From: Escherichia coli | Lineage (GTDB): Bacteria > Pseudomonadota > Gammaproteobacteria > Enterobacterales > Enterobacteriaceae | Reading direction: 5' to 3' (one strand) | DNA length: 64,000 bases | Assembly (NCBI RefSeq): GCF_024502345.1 | Contig: NZ_JALDNN010000001.1 | Part shown: positions 18,570 through 31,967 of the stretch, piece by piece | How the letters are laid out: each line of letters begins with the position of its first letter | Numbering within the stretch: the stretch's first letter is position 1 | Made by a program: the position numbers and the translations under genes | Notes under the pieces: model-generated | What the model was told of the DNA's origin: nothing | Databases searched by the model: none | The model's input: the letters and a program-made list of their open reading frames with translations, nothing else

Positions 18570-18956
18570 ATGTACGACAATCTGAAAAGTCTGGGTATTA
18601 CCAATCCTGAAGAAATTGATCGTTACAGCCTCCGGCAGGAAGCCAACAACGATATTCTGAAAATCTATTTCCAGAAAGACAAAGGCGAGTTTTTCGCCAA
18701 GAGCGTTAAGTTTAAATATCCGCGTCAGCGTAAAACGGTCGTCGCTGATGGTGTGGGTCAGGGTTATAAAGAAGTCCAGGAAATCAGCCCGAATCTACGG
18801 TATATCATTGATGAGCTTGATCAAATCTGCCAGCGTGACCGCAGCGAAGTTGATCTTAAGCGTAAGATCCTCGACGACTTACGTCACCTGGAGTCAGTCG
18901 TAACCAATAAGATCAGCGAGATTGAAGCCGATCTGGAAAAACTAACGCGTAAATAA
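18570..18956 (+). CDS. yaeH: UPF0325 family protein YaeH
   Basis: 128-aa ORF starting [35 protein letters not shown]. Confidence 0.9.
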   Translation: MYDNLKSLGITNPEEIDRYSLRQEANNDILKIYFQKDKGEFFAKSVKFKYPRQRKTVVADGVGQGYKEVQEISPNLRYIIDELDQICQRDRSEVDLKRKILDDLRHLESVVTNKISEIEADLEKLTRK

Positions 18957-19044
18957 TCCCGAATTGACGGTTAACTCGGGCATTCCCCTCTCCCCTTCGG
19001 GCTGAGGGGAATGAGCCAGCGCCGCCTCAACCTTAACGCATAAT

Positions 19045-20202
19045 CTACCGCTCTTCATCCAGTTGTAACGCCACATACAGCAGCAACCTGTCATCAAAAT
19101 TGCCCAAATCAAGCCCGGTCAGTTCCGATATACGATTAAGCCGATACTCCAGGGTATTACGATGAATAAACAGCGCCTTTGACGTAGCCAGCGGTTGCAC
19201 ATTGTGGCGAAACCACGCCGCCAGCGTTCGTCGCAGCAAGCCGTTATTGTCCATCGCTTTCAGCCGCGCCAGCGGTCGCGCCAGTTCGTTGGCCTGCCAG
19301 TCGCCACGCAAACTGTCGAGTAACACAGGTAACATCAGATCCTGATAAAAATAGCAGCGACTTTCTGGCATCCGCTGTTTACCCACCACCATCGTCGTTT
19401 TCGCCGTACGATAGGATCGGGCAATACTGCCAGGACCGGTAAAATAGTTGCCCAGCGAAACGCGAAAACGCAGCTGGCCGTACTCTTTCATGCGGGTAAT
19501 CAGTTGTTCAACTCGCTTACGATGATCTTCTGCATCCCAGCGCCCAAAAGAGTTCAACGCCGGTTTCAACACCACCATTTCGGTCAGCGAGACAATTGCC
19601 ACCAGATTATTACGCTCGGGCGTAGTCAGCGCGTTTTGCAGTTGCTGTAACTCCGCCATTGCGCTGTCCACGCCAAGCTGACCGCTGTCGACCTCAACAA
19701 TAGCCACCACTCGCGGTTGATTGAGATCGATCCCCAGCCGTTGCGCCCATTCCGTAAGTGCGGGAGTATTTTCCTCAGCCTGAATCAGGTTCATCACCAG
19801 TTCTTCCCGCAAACGGCTATCCTGCGCCAACAGGTGCATCAACCGCGACTGTTCCAGCATCATTTCAGCCGTCATGCAGACCAGTTCGCCATATTTACGC
19901 AGATTCTCTGGTTCACCTGTCAGGCCAATTACGCCGACAATTTCACCTTCCAGCCGTAACGGTAGATTAATCCCCTGCCGCACACCGTGCAGATGGCGTG
20001 CCACCGCGTCATCGATATCGACGACTCGTCCCTGTGAAAGTACCAGCAATGCACCTTCGTGCAATTCACCAATACGCTCACGATCGCCGCTGCCGATAAT
20101 TCGCCCGCGGGCATCCATTACGTTGATATTGGTATCGATGATGCGCATGGTACGTGCCACGATATCCTGCGCCATTTTGGTATCAAGATGCCAGCCAGCC
20201 AT
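19045..20202 (-). CDS. cdaR: carbohydrate diacid regulator CdaR (SdaR)
   Basis: 385-aa product from the ATG at 20202..20200 (MAGWHLDTKMAQ…); C-terminal helix-turn-helix; an upstream in-frame ATG at 20220 is a possible alternative. Confidence 0.9.
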   Translation of the reverse strand: MAGWHLDTKMAQDIVARTMRIIDTNINVMDARGRIIGSGDRERIGELHEGALLVLSQGRVVDIDDAVARHLHGVRQGINLPLRLEGEIVGVIGLTGEPENLRKYGELVCMTAEMMLEQSRLMHLLAQDSRLREELVMNLIQAEENTPALTEWAQRLGIDLNQPRVVAIVEVDSGQLGVDSAMAELQQLQNALTTPERNNLVAIVSLTEMVVLKPALNSFGRWDAEDHRKRVEQLITRMKEYGQLRFRVSLGNYFTGPGSIARSYRTAKTTMVVGKQRMPESRCYFYQDLMLPVLLDSLRGDWQANELARPLARLKAMDNNGLLRRTLAAWFRHNVQPLATSKALFIHRNTLEYRLNRISELTGLDLGNFDDRLLLYVALQLDEER

Positions 20203-20356
20203 AAGTCCTCCGTTATGCACGGCTTAGCATAAGGAAGTACGTAACGTACGGCATTGTGCAAATGCCCAAAGGATGATGAAGATGTATGGAGTTGTGGTGA
20301 AGTTCACAGATTGTAAGGAGAACCCCTTCCCGTTTTCAGGAAGGGGTTGAGGGAGA

Positions 20357-21781
20357 TTACTGCATTAACAGGTAGATGGTGCTGTCGCCGCGCTGAATGT
20401 TCAGTGCCAGCACAGACGGTTTGCTGTCGAGAACTTTACGCAGTTCAGCGATGTTTTTCACTGCCTGCTGGTTCGCGCCAATAATCACATCACCTTTCTT
20501 CAGGCCGATCTGCGCAGCCGGAGTGCCCGTTTTCACGTTGTTCACTACCACGCCCTGATCTTTGCCTTTGTTGCTCATTTCAGCACCTTCAATGCCGTTG
20601 AAGATGGAGCTGGAATCAACCTGATTCTGGCTGCTCTGCTGCAGTTCCAGATTCACGTTGACCTGCTTACCGTCGCGCAGCAAGCCCAGGGTCAGTTTGC
20701 TGCCCACCGGCATAGTACCCACCTGAGCACGCAGTGCGGCAAAGCTGCTGATTGGCTTACCGTTCAGTGAGGTGATCACATCACCCGCTTTAATGCCCGC
20801 TTTTGCAGCGGAGGAATTAGGCAGAACCTGGCTTACGAAAGCACCGCGCTGGGTGTCAACTTTCATCGCTTTCGCCAGTTCGGAATTCAGCTCAGTCCCC
20901 ATAATACCCAGCTCACCGCGTTTCACCTGGCCGTATTCCACCATCTGCGAGGTCAGGTTTTTCACCATGTTGCTCGGGATAGCAAAACCGATACCGATGT
21001 TGCCGCCGTCCGGTGCGAGGATCGCGGTGTTGATACCGATCAGTTCGCCGTTCAGGTTAACCAGCGCACCACCGGAGTTACCACGGTTGATCGCTGCATC
21101 GGTCTGGATGAAGTTTTCGTAGTTTTCGGCATTCAGGCCGCTACGCCCCAGCGCAGAGACAATCCCGGAAGTTACCGTCTCTCCCAGGCCAAACGGGTTA
21201 CCAATCGCTACGGTGTAATCACCCACGCGCAGTGCATCAGAATCCGCCATCTTAATTGCGGTCAGGTTTTTCGGGTTCTGGATCTGAATCAGCGCGATAT
21301 CAGAGCGCGGATCTTTGCCAACCATCTTCGCGTCGAACTTACGACCATCGCTCAGCTGGACTTTAATCACCGTCGCGTTATCAACAACGTGGTTGTTGGT
21401 GACGACATAGCCTTTATCGGCATCAATGATGACGCCGGAACCCAGCGCCATGAATTTCTGTTGCTGGCCGCCGCCATTACCGCCCTGGCCCCCCTGGCAG
21501 AACGGAGAGCTCTGGAACGGTGAACCTTCCTGGCAGAACGGAGAATCATCACCGAAGAACTGCTGGAAATTACGCGGCATACGCGGCGTATTAACGGTTG
21601 TGCTACCTTCTACGTTAATGCTGACCACTGAAGGCATCACCTTTTCGAGCATCGGTGCAAGGCTTGGCATCTGCTGGGCTGTCGTTGCTGAAGAAGTCTC
21701 AGCCGCCGTTGCAGAGAGCGGAGATAACGCCAAACCTAAACTCAGAGCCAGTGCACTCAGTGCTAATGTGTTTTTTTTCAT
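20357..21781 (-). CDS. degP: periplasmic serine endoprotease/chaperone DegP (HtrA)
   Basis: 474-aa ORF with signal peptide, trypsin-like catalytic motif GNSGGAL and two PDZ regions. Confidence 0.97.
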   Translation of the reverse strand: MKKNTLALSALALSLGLALSPLSATAAETSSATTAQQMPSLAPMLEKVMPSVVSINVEGSTTVNTPRMPRNFQQFFGDDSPFCQEGSPFQSSPFCQGGQGGNGGGQQQKFMALGSGVIIDADKGYVVTNNHVVDNATVIKVQLSDGRKFDAKMVGKDPRSDIALIQIQNPKNLTAIKMADSDALRVGDYTVAIGNPFGLGETVTSGIVSALGRSGLNAENYENFIQTDAAINRGNSGGALVNLNGELIGINTAILAPDGGNIGIGFAIPSNMVKNLTSQMVEYGQVKRGELGIMGTELNSELAKAMKVDTQRGAFVSQVLPNSSAAKAGIKAGDVITSLNGKPISSFAALRAQVGTMPVGSKLTLGLLRDGKQVNVNLELQQSSQNQVDSSSIFNGIEGAEMSNKGKDQGVVVNNVKTGTPAAQIGLKKGDVIIGANQQAVKNIAELRKVLDSKPSVLALNIQRGDSTIYLLMQ

Positions 21782-21826
21782 GTATTTCAGTCTCGATTAA
21801 CAGATAACGCAAAATTGCTGTGTTCT

Positions 21827-21854
21827 TCAGATTCGTTTTATAGCGCGAAGTTCC
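21827..21854 (-). promoter_or_regulatory. sigma-E dependent degP promoter
   Basis: Minus strand reads GGAACTT, 16-bp spacer, TCTGA, about 45 nt upstream of the degP ATG; matches the sigma-E -35/-10 consensus. Confidence 0.7.
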
Positions 21855-21910
21855 GAACTAAAGTTTCTGCAAAAGGTAAAAATTTATTGTTCGTCTTTAC
21901 AAAAGCCTGG

Positions 21911-23428
21911 TTATTGTTCTACGGCCATCAGACGTCGGTATTCATCCCACGCATAGAGGTCGGTCATACCGCTGATATAATCCTGCAGCAGGCGGCAACG
22001 GTAATAATATTCCCATAGCGGAAACTCAGGAGAATCTGACGGTAATTTACTGACAGCCTCGACATAGGCCAGCCGATGGCGCGTCGAGAGTTTGCGGAAT
22101 AAGCGCGACTCAATAGGGAAACGTTTCACCCGTTCTTTTTCTACCAGTTCAGTAAAGTCTGATAACGACAGGCTTAATAAAGGACGATAAATCTCTAATA
22201 ATCCGCTAATGACCCGATAGCCCTGCAATTCAAGCTGCTCGACATCCGGATGGCTAAACACATGTTTTACAGCGACATTTTTATATAGCTTAAGAAGATC
22301 GCTGCATTCGCTGGCATCTTCCAATAATGCATGATTAAACGTTCCGGCGAAAATCGCAGGCAGATTATCAATAAATCGTTGTGCCGCGTAGGGTACCAGT
22401 TTATTTAGGGTGTTTACCCGTAAATACATAAAAAACTGATCTTCCGTACTGCGGCTTAAACTATTTGAGCGTGATTTTTCCCAGGCATTTTCAACCACCA
22501 GCGAAAAGAGCGAACCTTTCTCATGCTGACCCCACGCCTCGTGCAAATGATGATAAAGCTGCTCAACGGTAAATATTCTTTTCTCTACCGCATCTTCAAG
22601 GTCTGCCACACAATAGGAGATGTCGTCGGCAGCTTCCATAATCCACGTTAATGGAAAACGACTGTAAAGCGCCAAATTAAGTTCTTTACGCAACCGGGCA
22701 ATATAGGCTTCTTCAGAAAGATAATAACCCGGCTTTTTCATTAAATAGTGATGTGTCTCAGGCGTTTCGCCACGCCACCACGCCGGACGGGTATATTTTA
22801 AAATACCGCCAACCTGTGCCCAGGTGAGATTCATCCGCATCAATGTATGCACCAGACGAATGCCTTGTGCATTCCCCTCAAAATGACATAAGTCCTGACG
22901 AATCTTGCGCCGCAGCTCGTTAAGCGGTTCTTCCCCGTCCCGTAAACGTAGTGCCGCCACGCTGCAGCGATCGTCAGTCAGAGGCTGGCTTTCGGCATCT
23001 TCCGGGTGCAAACGTTGGCGAAACCAGTCATTTATCGCTGCTTCGCCAAAATGACCAAACGGCGGATTGCCGATATCGTGCATCAGGCATGACATCTCAA
23101 CAATGCTTTCAAAAGGTCCGGTCAGTTCATCCAGGCCGTATGCTTCCAGCAATTTAAGCTCTTTCAGACGGCTTAAAATTTCTTTGGCGATGTAGCGCCC
23201 CACCTGCTGGACTTCCATCGAGTGGGTAAGACGCGTGCGCACGGCGGCATTGCGCTCCAGTGGAAAAACCTGCGTCTTTTGTTGCAGACGACGAATTGCC
23301 GGAGAGTTGATGATACGCCCGCGATCGCTCTCGAAGATCCGCAGGATCTCATGTTCGGTTTTAACGCCCTGCGGTGAACGGTAACGACGATGCCAGTTTA
23401 TTTTTTTTCGGAAATCAATCTGTGCCAT
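21911..23428 (-). CDS. dgt: dGTP triphosphohydrolase
   Basis: 505-aa ORF with HD-domain motif (…[13 protein letters not shown]…). Confidence 0.97.
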   Translation of the reverse strand: MAQIDFRKKINWHRRYRSPQGVKTEHEILRIFESDRGRIINSPAIRRLQQKTQVFPLERNAAVRTRLTHSMEVQQVGRYIAKEILSRLKELKLLEAYGLDELTGPFESIVEMSCLMHDIGNPPFGHFGEAAINDWFRQRLHPEDAESQPLTDDRCSVAALRLRDGEEPLNELRRKIRQDLCHFEGNAQGIRLVHTLMRMNLTWAQVGGILKYTRPAWWRGETPETHHYLMKKPGYYLSEEAYIARLRKELNLALYSRFPLTWIMEAADDISYCVADLEDAVEKRIFTVEQLYHHLHEAWGQHEKGSLFSLVVENAWEKSRSNSLSRSTEDQFFMYLRVNTLNKLVPYAAQRFIDNLPAIFAGTFNHALLEDASECSDLLKLYKNVAVKHVFSHPDVEQLELQGYRVISGLLEIYRPLLSLSLSDFTELVEKERVKRFPIESRLFRKLSTRHRLAYVEAVSKLPSDSPEFPLWEYYYRCRLLQDYISGMTDLYAWDEYRRLMAVEQ

Positions 23429-23511
23429 GTCCTCTCCCGCGTGAGAAATACGCTTCCCCGTAAGCGCATGGTAAACTATGCCTTCAAATCGGGCTTATCG
23501 CGAGTAAATCT

Positions 23512-24210
23512 ATGAAAATCGGCATCATTGGTGCAATGGAAGAAGAAGTTACGCTGCTGCGTGACAAAATCGAAAACCGTCAAACTATCAGTCTCGGCGG
23601 TTGCGAAATCTATACCGGCCAACTGAATGGAACCGAGGTTGCGCTTCTGAAATCGGGCATCGGTAAAGTCGCTGCGGCGCTGGGTGCCACTTTGCTGTTG
23701 GAACACTGCAAGCCAGATGTGATTATTAACACCGGTTCTGCCGGTGGCCTGGCACCAACGTTGAAAGTGGGCGATATCGTTGTCTCGGACGAAGCACGTT
23801 ATCACGACGCGGATGTCACGGCATTTGGTTATGAATACGGTCAGTTACCAGGCTGTCCGGCAGGCTTTAAAGCTGACGATAAACTGATCGCTGCCGCTGA
23901 GGCCTGCATTGCCGAACTGAATCTTAACGCTGTACGTGGCCTGATTGTTAGCGGCGACGCTTTCATCAACGGTTCTGTTGGTCTGGCGAAAATCCGCCAC
24001 AACTTCCCACAGGCCATTGCTGTAGAGATGGAAGCGACGGCAATCGCCCATGTCTGCCACAATTTCAACGTCCCGTTTGTTGTCGTACGCGCCATCTCCG
24101 ACGTGGCCGATCAACAGTCTCATCTTAGCTTCGATGAGTTCCTGGCTGTTGCCGCTAAACAGTCCAGCCTGATGGTTGAGTCACTGGTGCAGAAACTTGC
24201 ACATGGCTAA
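23512..24210 (+). CDS. mtn: 5'-methylthioadenosine/S-adenosylhomocysteine nucleosidase
   Basis: 232-aa ORF starting [25 protein letters not shown]. Confidence 0.97.
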   Translation: MKIGIIGAMEEEVTLLRDKIENRQTISLGGCEIYTGQLNGTEVALLKSGIGKVAAALGATLLLEHCKPDVIINTGSAGGLAPTLKVGDIVVSDEARYHDADVTAFGYEYGQLPGCPAGFKADDKLIAAAEACIAELNLNAVRGLIVSGDAFINGSVGLAKIRHNFPQAIAVEMEATAIAHVCHNFNVPFVVVRAISDVADQQSHLSFDEFLAVAAKQSSLMVESLVQKLAHG

Positions 24211-25003
24211 GTCACTGTTCAGGGCGCTGGTCGCCCTGTCTTTTCTTGCGCCACTGTGGCTCAACGCCGCGCCGCGCGTCATCACGCTTTCTCCCGCCAA
24301 CACTGAACTTGCCTTTGCCGCCGGGATCACGCCGGTTGGGGTCAGCAGCTATTCCGACTATCCTCCACAAGCGCAAAAGATTGAGCAGGTTTCCACCTGG
24401 CAGGGGATGAATCTGGAACGCATTGTCGCGCTGAAACCCGATCTGGTGATTGCCTGGCGTGGAGGTAATGCCGAGCGGCAGGTTGACCAGCTGGCTTCGC
24501 TGGGAATAAAAGTGATGTGGGTCGATGCGACAAGCATTGAACAAATTGCCAATGCGTTACGTCAACTGGCCCCCTGGAGTCCGCAACCAGACAAGGCCGA
24601 ACAAGCCGCGCAATCCCTGCTGGATCAGTACGCGCAATTGAAAGCGCAATATGCTGATAAACCTAAAAAACGTGTTTTTCTGCAATTCGGCATTAATCCG
24701 CCATTTACCAGTGGAAAAGAGTCGATTCAGAACCAGGTACTCGAAGTTTGTGGCGGAGAAAACATCTTTAAAGACAGCCGGGTTCCCTGGCCGCAAGTTA
24801 GCCGCGAACAGGTGTTAGCACGCTCGCCACAGGCGATTGTCATTACAGGCGGACCGGACCAAATTCCTAAAATCAAACAATACTGGGGTGAACAGCTCAA
24901 AATTCCCGTTATTCCTCTCACGAGTGACTGGTTTGAACGTGCAAGCCCACGTATTATCCTCGCTGCACAACAGCTCTGTAATGCGCTTTCACAGGTAGAT
25001 TAG
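24203..25003 (+). CDS. btuF: vitamin B12 ABC transporter periplasmic binding protein BtuF
   Basis: 266-aa product from the ATG at 24203 ([22 protein letters not shown] signal peptide); overlaps the mtn stop by 8 nt. Confidence 0.93.
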   Translation: MAKSLFRALVALSFLAPLWLNAAPRVITLSPANTELAFAAGITPVGVSSYSDYPPQAQKIEQVSTWQGMNLERIVALKPDLVIAWRGGNAERQVDQLASLGIKVMWVDATSIEQIANALRQLAPWSPQPDKAEQAAQSLLDQYAQLKAQYADKPKKRVFLQFGINPPFTSGKESIQNQVLEVCGGENIFKDSRVPWPQVSREQVLARSPQAIVITGGPDQIPKIKQYWGEQLKIPVIPLTSDWFERASPRIILAAQQLCNALSQVD

Positions 25004-25040
25004 CGCCTGACCTTTTCAGGTGCTCAGTGGGGATTGAACA

Positions 25041-25664
25041 ATGCTCGTCTATTGGCTGGATATAGTCGGCACAGCGGTATTTGCCATCTCCGGCGTTTTG
25101 TTAGCCGGAAAATTGCGTATGGACCCTTTTGGTGTTCTGGTACTGGGCGTGGTAACCGCAGTAGGCGGCGGGACAATTCGCGACATGGCGCTGGATCACG
25201 GCCCGGTATTTTGGGTGAAAGATCCCACCGATCTGGTCGTTGCAATGGTCACCAGCATGCTGACCATCGTGCTGGTGCGCCAGCCAAGACGCTTACCAAA
25301 ATGGATGTTGCCGGTGCTGGACGCCGTTGGTCTGGCGGTGTTTGTCGGCATTGGCGTGAATAAAGCCTTTAATGCGGAAGCCGGTCCGTTAATCGCGGTT
25401 TGCATGGGCGTCATTACTGGCGTTGGCGGCGGGATCATTCGTGATGTACTGGCCCGCGAGATCCCCATGATTTTACGTACAGAAATCTACGCAACTGCCT
25501 GTATTATCGGCGGTATTGTCCACGCTACGGCTTATTACACATTTTCCGTACCACTGGAAACAGCCAGTATGATGGGCATGGTCGTGACGCTATTGATTCG
25601 GCTGGCGGCTATTCGTTGGCATCTTAAGCTACCGACGTTTGCGCTGGATGAGAATGGGCGTTGA
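25041..25664 (+). CDS. yadS: UPF0126 inner membrane protein YadS
   Basis: 207-aa hydrophobic ORF with two internal repeats each containing GGG(T/I)IRD. Confidence 0.9.
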   Translation: MLVYWLDIVGTAVFAISGVLLAGKLRMDPFGVLVLGVVTAVGGGTIRDMALDHGPVFWVKDPTDLVVAMVTSMLTIVLVRQPRRLPKWMLPVLDAVGLAVFVGIGVNKAFNAEAGPLIAVCMGVITGVGGGIIRDVLAREIPMILRTEIYATACIIGGIVHATAYYTFSVPLETASMMGMVVTLLIRLAAIRWHLKLPTFALDENGR

Positions 25665-25710
25665 AGAGAGAAGATGTGCCGGATAGTTTATCCGGCACAT
25701 GAACAACAGA

Positions 25711-26055
25711 TTAGATGCTAAAGGAAGAACCGCAACCGCAGGTGCTTTTCGCGTTCGGGTTGGTCACGATGAAACGAGAACCTTCCAGTCCTTCGGTGTA
25801 GTCAACGGAACCGCCGACCAGATATTGCAGGCTCATCGGATCAACCACCAGGCCAACGCCCTGTTTTTCGATGGTCATATCGCCTTCGTTCACCTGATCA
25901 TCAAAGGTGAAACCATACTGGAAGCCGCTGCAACCGCCACCGGTGATATACACGCGTAATTTCAGATTCGGGTTATCTTCGTCAGCGATCAGGCTTTTAA
26001 CTTTGTTGGCTGCTGCGTCGGTAAACTCCAGCGGCAGTGCTACGTCATCACTCAT
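25711..26055 (-). CDS. erpA: iron-sulfur cluster insertion protein ErpA
   Basis: 114-aa product from the ATG at 26055..26053 ([11 protein letters not shown]…); A-type carrier with C-terminal CGCGSSF. Confidence 0.95.
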
Positions 26056-26136
26056 ATTTTGCTCCAAACGACATCGGCAATTGGGCAAATTCTAACCCAA
26101 TAATAATCGCCATTATCTAATACCCTGGTATTTCGT

Positions 26137-27576
<1,440 letters not shown>

Positions 27577-27782
27577 TCATACAAATAAGATGACGGCATT
27601 TTACTCGCACGTTCCATGAAAATCCTTTGCAAAGCGTAATGTTTCAAATGCACAAAACTTTTATACTCTAAGAAATCAGGATTGCACCAGTACAAGCAGC
27701 CTGATGTTTGACGAGTATTTAACTTGTTATGAATAACATAGAATAGCAGCCATTCACTTTTTCTACGAATCAGGAACCCTCC

Positions 27783-29063
27783 ATGAGTAAGTCTGAAAAT
27801 CTTTACAGCGCAGCGCGCGAGCTGATCCCTGGCGGTGTGAACTCCCCTGTTCGCGCCTTTACTGGCGTGGGCGGCACTCCACTGTTTATCGAAAAAGCGG
27901 ACGGCGCTTATCTGTACGATGTTGATGGCAAAGCCTATATCGATTATGTCGGTTCCTGGGGGCCGATGGTGCTGGGCCATAACCATCCGGCAATCCGCAA
28001 TGCCGTGATTGAAGCCGCCGAGCGTGGTTTAAGCTTTGGTGCACCAACCGAAATGGAAGTGAAAATGGCGCAACTGGTGACCGAACTGGTCCCGACCATG
28101 GATATGGTGCGCATGGTGAACTCCGGCACCGAGGCGACGATGAGCGCCATCCGTCTGGCCCGTGGTTTTACCGGTCGCGACAAAATCATTAAATTTGAAG
28201 GGTGTTACCACGGTCACGCTGACTGCCTGCTGGTGAAAGCCGGTTCTGGCGCACTCACGTTAGGCCAGCCAAACTCGCCGGGCGTTCCGGCAGATTTCGC
28301 CAAACATACCTTAACCTGTACTTATAACGATCTGGCTTCTGTACGCGCCGCGTTTGAGCAATACCCGCAAGAGATTGCCTGTATTATCATCGAGCCGGTG
28401 GCAGGCAATATGAACTGTGTTCCACCGCTGCCAGACTTCCTGCCAGGTCTGCGTGCGCTGTGCGACGAATTTGGCGCATTGCTGATCATCGATGAAGTAA
28501 TGACCGGCTTCCGCGTGGCACTGGCTGGCGCACAGGATTATTACGGTGTGGAACCGGATCTCACCTGCCTGGGCAAAATCATCGGCGGTGGAATGCCGGT
28601 AGGCGCATTCGGTGGTCGTCGTGATGTAATGGATGCGCTGGCCCCGACGGGTCCGGTCTATCAGGCGGGTACGCTTTCCGGTAACCCAATTGCGATGGCA
28701 GCCGGTTTCGCCTGTCTGAATGAAGTCGCGCAACCGGGCGTTCACGAAACGTTGGATGAGCTGACAACACGTCTGGCAGAAGGTCTGCTGGAAGCGGCAG
28801 AAGAAGCCAGAATTCCGCTGGTCGTTAACCACGTTGGCGGCATGTTCGGTATTTTCTTTACCGACGCCGAGTCCGTGACGTGCTATCAGGATGTGATGGC
28901 CTGTGACGTGGAACGCTTTAAGCGTTTCTTCCATATGATGCTGGACGAAGGTGTTTACCTGGCACCGTCAGCGTTTGAAGCGGGCTTTATGTCCGTGGCG
29001 CACAGCATGGAAGATATCAATAACACCATCGATGCTGCACGTCGGGTGTTTGCGAAGTTGTGA
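27783..29063 (+). CDS. hemL: glutamate-1-semialdehyde 2,1-aminomutase HemL
   Basis: 426-aa ORF starting [26 protein letters not shown] (class III aminotransferase). Confidence 0.97.
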   Translation: MSKSENLYSAARELIPGGVNSPVRAFTGVGGTPLFIEKADGAYLYDVDGKAYIDYVGSWGPMVLGHNHPAIRNAVIEAAERGLSFGAPTEMEVKMAQLVTELVPTMDMVRMVNSGTEATMSAIRLARGFTGRDKIIKFEGCYHGHADCLLVKAGSGALTLGQPNSPGVPADFAKHTLTCTYNDLASVRAAFEQYPQEIACIIIEPVAGNMNCVPPLPDFLPGLRALCDEFGALLIIDEVMTGFRVALAGAQDYYGVEPDLTCLGKIIGGGMPVGAFGGRRDVMDALAPTGPVYQAGTLSGNPIAMAAGFACLNEVAQPGVHETLDELTTRLAEGLLEAAEEARIPLVVNHVGGMFGIFFTDAESVTCYQDVMACDVERFKRFFHMMLDEGVYLAPSAFEAGFMSVAHSMEDINNTIDAARRVFAKL

Positions 29064-29070
29064 TGATTTT

Positions 29071-29091
29071 GCCTCGCCCACCGGGCGAGGC
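29071..29091 (+). terminator. hairpin terminator between convergent hemL and fhuB
   Basis: Perfect inverted repeat GCCTCGCCC-ACCG-GGCGAGGC followed by a T-rich run on the plus strand. Confidence 0.5.
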
Positions 29092-29097
29092 ATTCTA

Positions 29098-31080
29098 TTA
29101 ACGGCTCTGCTTTCTCAACAAATAGATAAAATATGGCGCGCCGATAAAGGTCGACAGCAGCCCTGCCGGGATCTGGAATGGAAACAGCACCATCCGCCCA
29201 CACCAGTCAGCGAACACCAGCAGTAAACCACCCACCAGCGCCGAAATTACGATGTGTGGCATCGTCCGTCGAAAGCCCATCATCCGCGCAATATGCGGTG
29301 CCATTAAACCAACAAAACTCAACGGTCCAATAGTCATCGTCGCGGTCGCCGTCAGGCAAGCCGCTAACAGCAGCAGCGCAATTCGCGTCGGCGTCAGCGC
29401 CATTCCTACGGCTCGGGCGGTATCACCACCCAGCGGTAAAATGGTCAGCCAGCGGCGGCACAGCGGGGTAATCGCCAGCAAAATCACCATCACAATTCCG
29501 GTGCGCCAGACCTGCGCATCGGTCGCGTTGTAGGTCGAACCGGAAATCCAGGTCAGCACTTGCGCCATTCGCGGGTCACCACTTGCCTGCAACATCATCA
29601 AAAGCATGGTGAACGCGGTGCTTAACGCCATCCCCGCCAGTAACATGCGGTGTGGGGAAAATCCACCGCGGCCGGCGGCGATCATAATGATCAACAGCGT
29701 CACCGCCGCGCCGAGACTGCCTGCAGGTAACAGCCAGCCAAAGGCATTACCCGGCACCAGAAACAGCATCAACACCACGCCAAACGCCGCGCCGGAGCTA
29801 ATCCCCAGCACTTCCGGGCTTGCCATCGGGTTTCCGGTCAGCCGCTGAATAATACAGCCCGCCACCGCCAGCATGACGCCCGCAAACAGCGCCGCCATAA
29901 TTCGCGGCCAGCGCCAGGGCATTAAATCCTCGAGCAACGCCCCGCTCGCCCACGTCCAGCCGTGCGCATCACGACCAAACGACAGCGCCACTACCACAGC
30001 CATCAACAGCAGCACGCCGCCCGCGAGGGCAAACGCCAGCACATGTTGGCGTTCAGTCGCGACACGATCGTTGACCTTCATATCCGGCGCGCTAATGCTG
30101 CGTAAACGCGGCAGCAGCCACAGTAGCAGCGGCGCACCGATCAACGCAGTGACCGAACCGGTGGAAACTTCCATCCACACGCGAGTCAGCCAGAGGATGA
30201 TTTGATCAGAAAGCCACAGAATTAACGCACCAATCAGCGACGCCAGCATCAACCGTGGCAACAAACGCCGCGCCCCCAGCATTTTTGCCAGCAGTGGCGC
30301 GAACAACCCGATAAAGCCGATAATCCCCACTGCGTTCACCAGCAGCGCACTGATGACTATCGCCAGCGACAGCGCCGCCAGACGCGCGAGCGACAAGGCC
30401 AGCCCGAGATTGCGCGCCACGCCATCATCAAGCCCCATCAGGGTTAACGGGCGAAGTAGCAATAACGTCAACATCACGCCGCCCAGCAACTGCGGCCATA
30501 AACGCTCAACGCCGCCCCAGTTGGTTTGCGTCAGCGTTCCGGTGCTCCACAGGAACATGCTTTGCAGCTGGTCGTGATGGAAGATAACCAGTAGCTGATT
30601 AATTGCCCCGCAATAAAGGCTCACCACCAGCCCCGCGAGAATAAGCGTAACCGGCGAAAGCCGTTTCCCCCACGCGACGCCAAAGACGATTAAGCCAACG
30701 ACACAAGCGCCCACCAGTGCGGCAAACTGGCTCGCCATAGCACCTGGGATCGCCCAAAGTGTGGTGACGGTAATTCCCAGTTGCGCGCCTGTAGCAACGC
30801 CAAGTGTCGTCGGTTCCGCCAGCGGATTACGCAGCACTTGCTGAAACAGCACGCCCACCAGCCCCAGGCCTGCGCCCACCAGCAGCGAAATCGCCAGACG
30901 CGGCAACAAGCTGTAGTGAAAAATCATCTGCTCGATGACGTCAATATCCGGCGACCAGGCGGCCTGCGCCCACTGACTGCGCGGCAGCGCCTGTGAGAAG
31001 TTCATCCAGGTTAGCGCCGTAGCGACAATCACTAACAGCGCCAGCAATAACGCCGGGAAAAGCGCAATTCGTTTCCTCAC
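29098..31080 (-). CDS. fhuB: ferric hydroxamate ABC transporter permease FhuB
   Basis: 660-aa double-permease ORF; start overlaps the fhuD stop by 4 nt. Confidence 0.97.
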   Translation of the reverse strand: MRKRIALFPALLLALLVIVATALTWMNFSQALPRSQWAQAAWSPDIDVIEQMIFHYSLLPRLAISLLVGAGLGLVGVLFQQVLRNPLAEPTTLGVATGAQLGITVTTLWAIPGAMASQFAALVGACVVGLIVFGVAWGKRLSPVTLILAGLVVSLYCGAINQLLVIFHHDQLQSMFLWSTGTLTQTNWGGVERLWPQLLGGVMLTLLLLRPLTLMGLDDGVARNLGLALSLARLAALSLAIVISALLVNAVGIIGFIGLFAPLLAKMLGARRLLPRLMLASLIGALILWLSDQIILWLTRVWMEVSTGSVTALIGAPLLLWLLPRLRSISAPDMKVNDRVATERQHVLAFALAGGVLLLMAVVVALSFGRDAHGWTWASGALLEDLMPWRWPRIMAALFAGVMLAVAGCIIQRLTGNPMASPEVLGISSGAAFGVVLMLFLVPGNAFGWLLPAGSLGAAVTLLIIMIAAGRGGFSPHRMLLAGMALSTAFTMLLMMLQASGDPRMAQVLTWISGSTYNATDAQVWRTGIVMVILLAITPLCRRWLTILPLGGDTARAVGMALTPTRIALLLLAACLTATATMTIGPLSFVGLMAPHIARMMGFRRTMPHIVISALVGGLLLVFADWCGRMVLFPFQIPAGLLSTFIGAPYFIYLLRKQSR

Positions 31081-31967
31081 GCTTTACCTCCGATGGCGTT
31101 ATCCAGAACACGCACAAAGTGCATTGCCGAAAGCGTTGCACCATAAAACCAGACTGCGGGTACGTGCTGAAAGCGCCCTGTACGGACAAACGGCATGGCC
31201 TGCCACAGCGGGGTCGCCATTAGCGCATCCATGTCTTTGCTGTTGTCGTGATCAAAACAGAGCACATCAACGTCTTTATACGCCGCCAGACGATCGATAC
31301 TGACGGCGGTACTGCCCCAGAAGTTGGTTTCCCCTTGCCAGGCATTTGGGATGCCGTACTCATCGAGAATTTCCTGGAACAAGCTGTTTGGACCGAAGAC
31401 CAGCATATGGCGCGGATCGATAAGCGTCGTCAGCAGTAACGGGCGTGCACCACGCTTCACAAAGCGGGGTTTCATGCTGCGGATAAAGTCTTCGTATTGC
31501 GCTAAATGCGTTTCCGCTGCGCTTTGCAGGTTAAGTAAATCTGCCATTTCCGTCAGCGATTTACGCGCCATCGCCAACGGCTGTTTGCCGTCACTGAAGT
31601 TAAATCCGCGCCCCGGCGCAATACGTGCCAGCATTTCTGATGAAGGGCCATATCCTGCCGACCAGACCATAAACGACGGTTTCATTTCGGTCAGCAGTTC
31701 AAGGTTAGGTTCTGTACGCAAACCGACGTCAATCACTGAGTCCGGCAATGGTGGTTCGCTGACCCACAGGCGATAGTTGATGGTATCCGCCACGCCGTAA
31801 GGCACGATGCCGAGCGCCAGCAGTAATTCCACCGGCAACCACTCCAGCGCCACAATACGATTGGGGTCAATAGCCGCCGCGTGGGCGGTATTCATCTGCC
31901 ATAACAACGGAGAAAGCGCCATCGCCGTTAACAGTCGACGGCGCGAAATAAGAGGTAAGCCGCTCAT
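31077..31967 (-). CDS. fhuD: ferric hydroxamate periplasmic binding protein FhuD
   Basis: 296-aa product from the second ATG (MSGLPLISRRRLLTAMALSPLLW… Tat-like signal); its ATG overlaps the fhuC stop by 1 nt. Confidence 0.95.
   Translation of the reverse strand: MSGLPLISRRRLLTAMALSPLLWQMNTAHAAAIDPNRIVALEWLPVELLLALGIVPYGVADTINYRLWVSEPPLPDSVIDVGLRTEPNLELLTEMKPSFMVWSAGYGPSSEMLARIAPGRGFNFSDGKQPLAMARKSLTEMADLLNLQSAAETHLAQYEDFIRSMKPRFVKRGARPLLLTTLIDPRHMLVFGPNSLFQEILDEYGIPNAWQGETNFWGSTAVSIDRLAAYKDVDVLCFDHDNSKDMDALMATPLWQAMPFVRTGRFQHVPAVWFYGATLSAMHFVRVLDNAIGGKA

Noticed and set aside
28311-28934. 207-aa minus-strand ORF
   Set aside because: Antisense to hemL
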